Below are positions 8,307 through 16,573 of a stretch of DNA of 32,000 nt, piece after piece (position 1 is the stretch's first letter; every line of letters starts with the position of its first letter). The notes beneath the pieces are model-generated. The model worked only from the letters and a program-made list of their open reading frames with translations. It did not search any database and was not told where the DNA came from. Source of the stretch: Idiomarina loihiensis L2TR (GTDB lineage Bacteria > Pseudomonadota > Gammaproteobacteria > Enterobacterales > Alteromonadaceae). The DNA lies in NCBI RefSeq assembly GCF_000008465.1, contig NC_006512.1, positions 1,230,001 to 1,262,000 on the forward strand. Direction: 5' to 3'. The translations under genes and the position numbers were made by a program.

Positions 8307-10499
8307 TTAACTCCGGCGCCAGCGATGAAACTTCTCAACCCATGTTAGCAACTTCTGCGGCGCATTGGCGCGCTTCCACTCACCGGCCACATATTTATTC
8401 GCCTCCGCCAGGGTCGGATAACTGTGTATGGTGCCCAGTATTTTATTCAGGCCAATGCCGTATTTCATGGCCAGCACATATTCAGCCAGCAGCTCACCGG
8501 CCTGCGGGCCAACAATATTCACACCCAGCAATTCGTCTTTACCGGGTTTAGTCAGTACTTTCACCCGGCCGTAGGCGCTGTCATCGGCAATGGCGCGATC
8601 TAGCTCGCCTATATCATACTCAGTCACTTCATAAGGTTTATCGGCTTTCTTCGCCTGCTGCTCGGTTAAACCCACGTTGGCGACCTGCGGCGAGGTATAG
8701 GTTACCCAGGGAATGACAGAGTAATCTGCCCGGAAAGTTTTGAAAGGATCAAACAAGGCATTTACCGAGGCATACCAGGCCTGGTGCGAGGCAACATGGG
8801 TGAGCTGATAAGGCCCTGCTACATCGCCACAGGCGTAAATATTAGGGAAGTTGGTTTGCAAAAGCTCATTGGTACTGACTGTTTTATTGGTTTGCACGCC
8901 AAGCTCTTCCAAACCAAAGCCTGTTATATTCGGTTGCCGCCCCAGCGCAATTAGCACCTTGTCGAAGGGTATCTCAACGTCTTTGCTCTGGTCGGCATTC
9001 TGGTTATCAACACTTTCGTTATCAACCGTCTGCTCAGCAATAAGCACCGACTCGCCATTATGTTGTTCAAAACGCAACGCTTTGTGGTTCAGCCTAATAT
9101 CAATGCCTTCTGCCGTTAAACGCCGCGTTAGCAGTTCTACTGTGTCGGCATCTTCCGGGCCCATAAGCCGCTCGGCCATTTCCACCTGAGTAACTTGTGA
9201 ACCTAAACGCTGAAACGCCTGAGATAACTCACAACCAATAGGCCCGCCGCCCAATACCAATAAGCGTTTAGGCAGTTCATCTAACTCCCAGAGCGTGTCT
9301 GAGGTTAAATAGTCGACCTTATCCAGCCCTTCAAAATCTGGCACTAACGGCTTCGCCCCGGTCGCGATAATAATACTGCGAGTGGTTATGCGTTTGGTTT
9401 CACTCTTACCTTCGACATTGCTGGTCACTTCAACTTCCCAGGGTGAAACAATGCGCGCATCGCCTTGCTCAACGTCTACTCCCAATTTGGTGTAGCGCTC
9501 AACCGAGTCGTGCGGCTCAATGTCTTTTATAACTGACTTCACCTGTTGCATAACCTGTTTGAAATCAACCGAGACCTCACCAACGTGAACCCCCGCACTT
9601 GAGGCGTTACGCGCATTATGAGCAAGTTCGGCCACATGAAGTAAAGCTTTTGAAGGTACACAACCGGTATTCAGGCAGTCACCACCCATTTTGTGCTTTT
9701 CAATTAAGGTAACCTTTGCTTTTACTGTGGCCGCTATGTAAGCACTGACTAACCCTGCTGAACCGGCGCCAATAACCACCAGATTATTGTCAAAAGACTT
9801 AGGCTTTTTATAGCCTTTAAAGGCTTTACGACGTTTCACAAAGGCCAGTACCGCTTTGGCAATTAACGGGAATATGCCCAATAGTACGAAAGCACCGATT
9901 AAGTCGGCCGAGATAACGTCACCCAGGCTGGATATCTGCGCCAACTGAGTTCCCGCATTAACGTACACAGCGGTACCCAGCAGCATACCCACCTGGCTTA
10001 CCCAGTAAAAAGTCCAAGCTTTTATTTTGGTCAGACCCATAACCAGATTAATAACAAAGAACGGGAACAGAGGAACCAACCGCAGGCTGAGTAAGTAAAA
10101 CGCGCCATCGCGCTCCATTCCGCGATTAATGGCGGTTAAGCGATCTCCAAATTTTTCCTGAACCCAGTCGTGCAGAATAAAGCGGGCACTTAAAAAGGCC
10201 AGAAAGGCACCGAGAGATGCTGCAAAGCTTGCAAGCAGCAAGCCCCAACCCAGCCCGAATATAGCGCCCGCGCCCAGAGTCAGAATAGTCGCACCGGGCA
10301 ATGATAACGCCGTGCTAGCCACATAAACAACAAAATAAATGGCGAATACCTGAAATGGGTAATCAACAAAAAGCTGATTAAGCTGCTGTTGCTTTTCTTT
10401 CAAAACATCAAGAGATAAGTACTGCGTCAGGTCGAACGCAAACGCACTGATAAATAGTGCAACAATAATCAACAGCAACAACAGCTTTTTCAATGACAT
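8307..10499 (-). CDS. Fusion protein: N-terminal DedA/TVP38-TMEM64 membrane domain plus C-terminal class-I FAD pyridine-nucleotide-disulfide oxidoreductase
   Basis: 730 aa. Roughly residues 1-220 are polytopic (…LRLVPLFPFFVINLVMG…). They are followed by a Rossmann motif VVIGAGSAGL, the redox-active disulfide GGDCLNTGCVPSK, an NAD site LGGGPIGCE and a dimerisation-domain motif HSYPTLAE. Confidence 0.8.
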   Translation of the reverse strand: MSLKKLLLLLIIVALFISAFAFDLTQYLSLDVLKEKQQQLNQLFVDYPFQVFAIYFVVYVASTALSLPGATILTLGAGAIFGLGWGLLLASFAASLGAFLAFLSARFILHDWVQEKFGDRLTAINRGMERDGAFYLLSLRLVPLFPFFVINLVMGLTKIKAWTFYWVSQVGMLLGTAVYVNAGTQLAQISSLGDVISADLIGAFVLLGIFPLIAKAVLAFVKRRKAFKGYKKPKSFDNNLVVIGAGSAGLVSAYIAATVKAKVTLIEKHKMGGDCLNTGCVPSKALLHVAELAHNARNASSAGVHVGEVSVDFKQVMQQVKSVIKDIEPHDSVERYTKLGVDVEQGDARIVSPWEVEVTSNVEGKSETKRITTRSIIIATGAKPLVPDFEGLDKVDYLTSDTLWELDELPKRLLVLGGGPIGCELSQAFQRLGSQVTQVEMAERLMGPEDADTVELLTRRLTAEGIDIRLNHKALRFEQHNGESVLIAEQTVDNESVDNQNADQSKDVEIPFDKVLIALGRQPNITGFGLEELGVQTNKTVSTNELLQTNFPNIYACGDVAGPYQLTHVASHQAWYASVNALFDPFKTFRADYSVIPWVTYTSPQVANVGLTEQQAKKADKPYEVTEYDIGELDRAIADDSAYGRVKVLTKPGKDELLGVNIVGPQAGELLAEYVLAMKYGIGLNKILGTIHSYPTLAEANKYVAGEWKRANAPQKLLTWVEKFHRWRRS

Positions 10500-10504
10500 A
10501 AAGA

Positions 10505-10792
10505 TTAATCCAGTCGTTTCTGAGCGCTAATATACACTCTGTTTTTATCACGTTTGCCTAAAGCTACAACCGTAACCACAAGCTCGGAATCTCTTACTTG
10601 ATAAACCAATCTATAACCCAGTTTTCGCAATTTCACTTTGTAACAGTTATCCATTCCCTTTAAGCGAGACGCCGGGACATGAGGTGATTCAAGCCTCTGC
10701 TTGAGTCTGGCTTTAAATTGCGCCTGAACATCCTTGTTCAACTTTTTCCATTCTTTATAAGCTGAACGTTTAAACGTCAGCTTATAACTCAT
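10505..10792 (-). CDS. Type II toxin, RelE/ParE (StbE-like) family
   Basis: 95-aa basic protein (…YKVKLRKLGYRLVYQVRDSELVVTVVALGKRDKN…). It overlaps the upstream antitoxin gene by 11 nt. Confidence 0.8.
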   Translation of the reverse strand: MSYKLTFKRSAYKEWKKLNKDVQAQFKARLKQRLESPHVPASRLKGMDNCYKVKLRKLGYRLVYQVRDSELVVTVVALGKRDKNRVYISAQKRLD

Positions 10793-11036
10793 CGATGTTC
10801 ACCTCGACTTCATCTTCATGCTGGCGTTTTTTAACTAACTCCAGTAAATCCCTATCTTCCAGCTCTTCCATCAACGCTTCATAGGTTGCTGCCGGAATGC
10901 AATAAAATGCGGGCTGATTCCGATTCAGTACAGCCACCGGCTCACCGTGACTCTCTTCAACAACCGCCATTGGGTTCTTTTTCAACTCACTAATGCTAGT
11001 TGAGTTGCGTGCATAAATGGGTCTAACCGTTTTCAT
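10782..11036 (-). CDS. Type II antitoxin, Phd/YefM (StbD-like) family
   Basis: 84 aa. The N-terminus (SISELKKNPMAVVEESHGEPVAVLNRNQPAFYCIP) is typical of Phd/YefM and the C-terminal tail is acidic. It sits upstream of and overlaps the toxin gene. Confidence 0.8.
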   Translation of the reverse strand: MKTVRPIYARNSTSISELKKNPMAVVEESHGEPVAVLNRNQPAFYCIPAATYEALMEELEDRDLLELVKKRQHEDEVEVNIDEL

Positions 11037-11073
11037 AAGACCTCCTAAAAGACTTTTAACAGGTCTTATTATA
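11035..11073 (-). promoter_or_regulatory. Putative TA promoter/operator: 9-bp perfect inverted repeat overlapping the -10 box and the SD/start
   Basis: ATAAGACCT (11035-11043) and AGGTCTTAT (11061-11069) are separated by 17 nt. A minus-strand TATAAT at 11073-11068 overlaps the right arm. The left arm overlaps AGGAGG and the ATG. TA operons are typically autorepressed at such palindromes. Confidence 0.35.
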
Positions 11074-11098
11074 GGTCATTTAATCTGCTTTTCCAGTT

Positions 11099-13423
11099 TT
11101 AAAATTTGTAATCAACGCTCAAACGCGCGTGTCTTGGCTGCGACGGAAAGGCCAGGGTTGCACCAAAATAACCGCCTTCAAATACCGGTGACCAGTTGTC
11201 CTGATCTGTTACATTAAACACGTCAATACGGGCGCTTAACTGTTCATTAAAGCGATAACGTGCGTTCAGGTTTAGCGTATGCTGGTCGCGTATAAATACC
11301 GTTTGCAGGTAATCTAACGGGTAGTGCTTGGTATAGCTTAAATCGCCACCTACCGACCATTCGGACGTTATCCGCCAACCGGCAACTGCTGACGCCTGTA
11401 CTTCGGGAATGCCCTGTAATTGCTTGTTTGACGCAGGAAACGCGGTGAAATTAGGCGAGCCAACACCTGTACCTTCAATAATATCGGAGCGTGAATCATC
11501 AAACACATCAGCCACCTGACCTGTACCCTGCGATGCCGTAGAGTTGTCATAGTGCGCATCAATATAACTGGCTGCAAGAGTTAACCAGTAACCGGTTTCG
11601 TGCGTTCCTGTGGCTGAAGAGAAATGCCATTGAGTCTCGAAACCCTCGGTGCGAATACCGCTGTTAGAGCCATCACGGTTGCGTAAGCTTCGCTTCTGGT
11701 CAAAGACCACAGCATCCGCGTACCAGCGGGCATCACTTGGCGCGTATTTCACACCCAGTTCATAAAGCGAGTTCTCTGTGGCAAAGTTTTGCGAATCAAT
11801 TTCACCGTCGGCATTTAATACCGTACCGCCCGCCATCGCGTTAGACGTAGAGTCACTCTCATATGCGGTTGCGTAGAATGTCAGATCCGGCGTCCAGTTA
11901 TACTGCGTTGATAAACTCATCGCCGTTAGCCAGTCACTGTAGGTATCGCTTGCCGCCTGAACACCCTGTGGTGGAATTGGGTCTTTTGCGTCCACGTCGT
12001 AATAATCGGCTCTGACGCCACCGGTAACGCGCCATTTGTCCGTAATATCCAGTTCATGCTGTGCAAAAATGCCCCATTGGTAGCTTTTTGAGTCGGTGGT
12101 GTCTGACGTAATAAAATCGCCCGCGCCATCGCCGTCAATATCGTACTGGCTACCCGGTGATACCCAGAGAGCCGGACGCAGCTCAATTAAACGCGCCTTT
12201 TGTTCATTGGTTAACGGAATACGCCGATTGCTGAGCGGGCCCGTCAAGTCAATAGGGTTATCCGCCTCGGTTGAAAACTGGCTGTAACCCAGTACATCGT
12301 TAATTCGTAAGTTAACGCCTACTACCGTTTTCTTGTTTATGTGCAGCTCGGTGCGGTTTTCAAAGGTGTGAGCGTCATCAATAATTTCAACAAAGCTGTT
12401 TTGGTTAATGCCTTCGCGAGTTAAATACTGATAATACGTGCGGTTAACCAACACCATGTCATCGTTCAGCCAATGCTGAAGCTTTGCGTGTAACAGAGTA
12501 GTTTCAGCGGTATTAGTGTCGAGCGGGTCGGTTAACGTGGTACTGCGGTCAATTCGAGCCTCTCCGGTTGGGCTGACAACAGCCCCGGCCCCCGGAACCC
12601 TCGAACCATTTGGCTGAACACCCTGCCCGGTAATGTACAAATTATGATCTATCAGGTTTTGCGTCGGCCGGTTAATGCCTGCGTTGTCTGTCCAGTCAAC
12701 ATCGTAATACTCTAAGGAAATATCCAGCAGCGTGTCGTCGTTAGGCGCAAACTTATACGCCAGCAAAAGGTCATTACTGCGGTGCTGATGAAAGTCGTAA
12801 AAACTGTCTTCATCCACATATTCGGCGCTTACTCGCAGCCCTTGCTCGCCCTCTTTTAACACCCAATTATGGTCTAGCTGTAACCGGTACTGCTCCCACT
12901 CGCCAAATTGGGCTTTCAAGGTTGAGTCCGACTCAGTCAGACGAGCGGTTTTGGGCTGCAAATTGACAAAACCGCCCACGCGTTGTGTGGTGCCCAGCAT
13001 GACCGGTGGCGCGCCTTTAACAACAGCGATACCTTCAATGGCGTTAAACGACATGGGAATACCAAGCCCATTGTTACCGGCCTGACGGCGCATGCCCGCT
13101 TCAAATAACTCGCCAAGCTGGCCGCGAATGGTCGGCAGCGAAGGATTACCAAAACCCGCCGCAGCAAAACTGTTAGGCGCAAAGCGCGCAATATCATGTA
13201 AGTCATTAATGGCAGCTTCTTCCATTAACGACGCACTAATAGCCGTGGCAGCGCGGGGGATTTCCTGCAGGCTTTCCGCTAAACCGAACAAACCCTCGGT
13301 TGTTTCTTCCGATGGCAGCACGACACTTCCGTCATCGCGACCAATAACTTCAATAACTTCCATTGGTTTTTCTTGTGCCACCGCCGTTAACGGCAAGAAC
13401 CCCAGCCACCACCACTTTTTCAT
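11099..13423 (-). CDS. TonB-dependent outer-membrane receptor
   Basis: 774 aa with a signal peptide (…LTAVA|QE) and a plug region (MEVIEVIG…). The sequence is beta-barrel-like with alternating aromatics and ends in a terminal …YKF. Confidence 0.9.
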   Translation of the reverse strand: MKKWWWLGFLPLTAVAQEKPMEVIEVIGRDDGSVVLPSEETTEGLFGLAESLQEIPRAATAISASLMEEAAINDLHDIARFAPNSFAAAGFGNPSLPTIRGQLGELFEAGMRRQAGNNGLGIPMSFNAIEGIAVVKGAPPVMLGTTQRVGGFVNLQPKTARLTESDSTLKAQFGEWEQYRLQLDHNWVLKEGEQGLRVSAEYVDEDSFYDFHQHRSNDLLLAYKFAPNDDTLLDISLEYYDVDWTDNAGINRPTQNLIDHNLYITGQGVQPNGSRVPGAGAVVSPTGEARIDRSTTLTDPLDTNTAETTLLHAKLQHWLNDDMVLVNRTYYQYLTREGINQNSFVEIIDDAHTFENRTELHINKKTVVGVNLRINDVLGYSQFSTEADNPIDLTGPLSNRRIPLTNEQKARLIELRPALWVSPGSQYDIDGDGAGDFITSDTTDSKSYQWGIFAQHELDITDKWRVTGGVRADYYDVDAKDPIPPQGVQAASDTYSDWLTAMSLSTQYNWTPDLTFYATAYESDSTSNAMAGGTVLNADGEIDSQNFATENSLYELGVKYAPSDARWYADAVVFDQKRSLRNRDGSNSGIRTEGFETQWHFSSATGTHETGYWLTLAASYIDAHYDNSTASQGTGQVADVFDDSRSDIIEGTGVGSPNFTAFPASNKQLQGIPEVQASAVAGWRITSEWSVGGDLSYTKHYPLDYLQTVFIRDQHTLNLNARYRFNEQLSARIDVFNVTDQDNWSPVFEGGYFGATLAFPSQPRHARLSVDYKF

Positions 13424-13524
13424 TCTTGTATTTCCTTATTAAACCAAATGACTTACTAAACGAAACTAAAAGCGTTATTTGTTGCGCCAGTCAGTTACGT
13501 TTATCGCCAGAAATAAGATCGTTC

Positions 13525-13548
13525 TTCTGAAGATATTAACCTTCAGAA
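13525..13548. promoter_or_regulatory. Perfect 8-bp inverted repeat in the divergent TBDR/araC intergenic region
   Basis: TTCTGAAG-atattaac-CTTCAGAA sits centrally in the 208-nt divergent promoter region. It is a candidate operator; the binding protein is unknown. Confidence 0.25.
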
Positions 13549-13631
13549 ATCAATGGCAAAGGCTCAAAACCTTTACTCTTGAAACGCATCACGCATAATA
13601 GTCAGTATTCACTACTTAAGCCTATAGCGGA

Positions 13632-14555
13632 ATGACAAAAACAACAGGAAACCCAACTCAAACAACGGAAGCTCTTAACGAACTACTAGAGCAAGTTGCC
13701 CGGGGTACCGAACTGCACTTTGAATCAGGCCTTTGCGGCCACTGGACCTTAATGGCCAAAGAGCCGGGAAAAGTAGCGTTTCATGTTGTCACAAATGGAG
13801 ACTGCTGGTTTGGTTTACCAGGTTCTTCGGTCGAACCAATAAAACTAAGTGCGTCAGACATTATTTTCGTTAATAAAGACGTTTCTCACTTTCTGAGTAA
13901 GACTCAAATTCCCTCTGACATAAGCGAATCCGATATTCCCAAGTATTGTCAGCGCGACCATGAGCAATCTGGTGTTGTTTGTTACGACGTTAACTCCGCT
14001 CCAGGAGCAAATGATACTCTCTTTCAACTTCTCCCTCCCTGGCTCATTCTAAAACAAGCAGACCAACATCAGCAGCTATCACATATTATTGAATTAATCA
14101 GAGCTGAGACAATTAATCAGTCTCCCGGATACCAAACCGTGATTAGTCGGCTAAGTGACGTTCTCTCCCTGAATCTGCTGCGGCAAGTCATTGATGAGGA
14201 TGAATCTCTTCGAGGCCCTTTAGCTGCTCTGAGTGATCGCCAGTTGCGTACAGTCATTATGGCCGTGATTAACGAGCCGGGCGCGGACTGGACTGTAGAA
14301 CGACTGGCAGAACTCGCTTATTTATCAGTCAGTGCGTTTGCAGAAAGGTGTATAAAGAAAACAGGCGTAACCCCCAAAAAACTCGTCGACCAACTCAGGT
14401 TACAACGGGCACGCATAATGCTAAGTAGCTCGCAGCTATCGATGGACTTGATTGCAGAGCAACTTGGCTATCAATCGGCAACAGCCTTCAGCCGCTTTTT
14501 CAAAAAGTATGCGGGTCTCTCCCCTGCAGAGTACCGCCACCAAACTTACTATTAG
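13632..14555 (+). CDS. AraC/XylS-family transcriptional regulator with N-terminal cupin-like sensor domain
   Basis: 307 aa. The C-terminal double HTH reads WTVERLAELAYLSVSAFAERCIKKTG…LIAEQLGYQSATAFSRFFKKYAGLSPAEYR. Confidence 0.85.
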   Translation: MTKTTGNPTQTTEALNELLEQVARGTELHFESGLCGHWTLMAKEPGKVAFHVVTNGDCWFGLPGSSVEPIKLSASDIIFVNKDVSHFLSKTQIPSDISESDIPKYCQRDHEQSGVVCYDVNSAPGANDTLFQLLPPWLILKQADQHQQLSHIIELIRAETINQSPGYQTVISRLSDVLSLNLLRQVIDEDESLRGPLAALSDRQLRTVIMAVINEPGADWTVERLAELAYLSVSAFAERCIKKTGVTPKKLVDQLRLQRARIMLSSSQLSMDLIAEQLGYQSATAFSRFFKKYAGLSPAEYRHQTYY

Positions 14556-14696
14556 TTAATTCGTCTTAGCACGCAAAAACACCTGTCTTCATGACTAAAA
14601 CAGCGGGAATTGGTTTAGTCTACTTTTATTTTTGAGCTTTTATTCTATATTCGTACTCACAACATTAAATACAACTTAAAAGCGCAGGAGTAAAAT

Positions 14697-15236
14697 ATGA
14701 GTGACTTTAAACTGCATGACAAAGAATCAGCCCCCGAGGAAAGCAAGAAGTTACTAGAAGGCTCTGAAAAAGCTTTCGGTATGATCCCCAATTTGCACGC
14801 TGTCATGGCTGAAGCACCCGGTATTCTGAACGCTTACCAACAAGTGCACGAGCTTTTCGTGAATAGTAGCTTTGACAAAGACGAGTTAACGGTTGTCTGG
14901 CAAACCATCAATGTTTTCAACGAATGCCATTACTGCATTCCAGCTCATACTGCTATTGCAAAAAATATGGGGGCCGATGATTCTATTACTGACAACATTA
15001 AAGCCGGTAAGCCCTTAGGCGATGACAAATTGGAAGCACTGCGCCAGTTTACTCTAGTCATGCTTGAAAAGCGCGGTAACGCCGACGAAAGTGAGCTTGA
15101 GTCTTTTTATAACGCCGGCTACGGACAGCGTCAGGCCCTTGAGGTTACTTTGGGAATTGCTCAGAAAACGATGAGCAACTTTACAAACCACATTGCAAAT
15201 ACACCTATAGATGAACCATTTAAAAAGTTCGCCTAG
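14697..15236 (+). CDS. Carboxymuconolactone decarboxylase (AhpD-like) family protein
   Basis: 179 aa with the conserved CxxC-type motif ECHYCIPAH in an AhpD-like helical context. An SD (AGGAG) lies upstream. Confidence 0.75.
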   Translation: MSDFKLHDKESAPEESKKLLEGSEKAFGMIPNLHAVMAEAPGILNAYQQVHELFVNSSFDKDELTVVWQTINVFNECHYCIPAHTAIAKNMGADDSITDNIKAGKPLGDDKLEALRQFTLVMLEKRGNADESELESFYNAGYGQRQALEVTLGIAQKTMSNFTNHIANTPIDEPFKKFA

Positions 15237-15245
15237 CCAGATGCG

Positions 15246-15686
15246 ATGGCACCAGGTGAAACACTAAAACCAACAACGGAAACAACTATGAGTCAGTCAC
15301 TAGAACAAAAATTTCCGTGGGCGCTGTTGGCGCTGCGGGTCGGTATTTTTATTGTTATGTTTGTGTGGGCGCTGGATAAGTTTGTGAACCCGGGGCATAC
15401 CGCCGCAGTGTTCGAAGGCTTTTATGGAATAAGTGGTTTGTCTTCGACTTTAGCTGCTGTACTGGGCGGACTTCAAGTGGCTCTTTGTCTGGCTTTTATT
15501 GCTGGATTATGGAAAACGATAACCTACGGTTTAATATTAATTATGCATGCCGTGTCGACTTTTTCCTCATTTCCACAATACCTGGACGCCTTTAACAACC
15601 TTTTGTTTTTTGCGGCATGGCCAATGTTAGCCGCTTGTATCGCACTCTTTATGCTACGCGAGTATGATACCAAACTGAGCCTTTAA
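15246..15686 (+). CDS. Small 4-TM membrane protein, DoxX-like
   Basis: Hydrophobic protein beginning WALLALRVGIFIVMFVWALDKF… The real start may be the ATG at 15288 (MSQSLEQ…). The family call is from memory of the DoxX N-terminal pattern. Confidence 0.45.
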   Translation: MAPGETLKPTTETTMSQSLEQKFPWALLALRVGIFIVMFVWALDKFVNPGHTAAVFEGFYGISGLSSTLAAVLGGLQVALCLAFIAGLWKTITYGLILIMHAVSTFSSFPQYLDAFNNLLFFAAWPMLAACIALFMLREYDTKLSL

Positions 15687-15698
15687 GATGGAGCGACT

Positions 15699-16490
15699 AT
15701 GCGAGTCATATTTTTTGTTCTGGCTATGAGCTGGCAAGTGGCTGCATCCGCGCAGTCATTTGACCCGTCCCATACCGCCTTTACTGATGTTCTGAATGAT
15801 CATGTTGAGGTGTATGATGACGGTTTAAAGTCTGCGGTTAATTATCGCGATTTGGCTAAAAACCGTCAGCCTCTGGACAATTATCTCGCATCGCTGTCTG
15901 CAGTTGAGCCCGTACAGTATGAAAGCTGGACGCAGGAGCAGCAACTGGCCTTTTTAATCAATGCATACAACGGTTTCACCCTGCAGCTTATTATCGACAA
16001 TATCGATAAATTTGAGTCCGGCGAGGCTGATTCTATTCGCAATTTAGGCGGGCTATTTTCCAGCCCATGGGAGAAGTCGTTTTTTACACTACTAAGTGAG
16101 AAGCGTACTTTGGATTGGGTTGAGCACGAAAAAATTCGGGTCGATTTTGACGAGCCCCGCATACATGCCGCTTTAGTCTGCGCAGCAGTAAGCTGCCCTA
16201 AGCTGCGCGCAGAAGCCTTTACTGGTAAGAATCTGGAGGCTCAGCTAGAAAACCAGATGGTCACTTTTTTAAGCGACCGAGATAAAAACGGTATTGATGA
16301 TAAAGGCATTTATCTGTCGAAGATTTTTGACTGGTACCGGGAGGATTTTGACGGGCTTCGAAACTACCTGAGAACCTATTCAGGGGCTCTTTCCGATGGT
16401 TCAGGTAACGGTGATAATATGAACTTCCAGTCTTTAGATATTCGTTTTGTTGATTATAACTGGAAGTTAAATAACTTAGAAAACCGCTAA
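15699..16490 (+). CDS. DUF547 domain-containing periplasmic protein
   Basis: Signal peptide MRVIFFVLAMSWQVAASA. DUF547 hallmarks: AFLINAYNGFTL, HAALVCAAVSCPKL and FDWYREDF. Confidence 0.7.
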   Translation: MRVIFFVLAMSWQVAASAQSFDPSHTAFTDVLNDHVEVYDDGLKSAVNYRDLAKNRQPLDNYLASLSAVEPVQYESWTQEQQLAFLINAYNGFTLQLIIDNIDKFESGEADSIRNLGGLFSSPWEKSFFTLLSEKRTLDWVEHEKIRVDFDEPRIHAALVCAAVSCPKLRAEAFTGKNLEAQLENQMVTFLSDRDKNGIDDKGIYLSKIFDWYREDFDGLRNYLRTYSGALSDGSGNGDNMNFQSLDIRFVDYNWKLNNLENR

Positions 16491-16573
16491 AAATGTCAAA
16501 CTGTTAAATTTCCGTTGACCCAAACCCAATGTGGTGACGTAATAGCAGGCAACATTACTTTAAGGGTGTCTTT

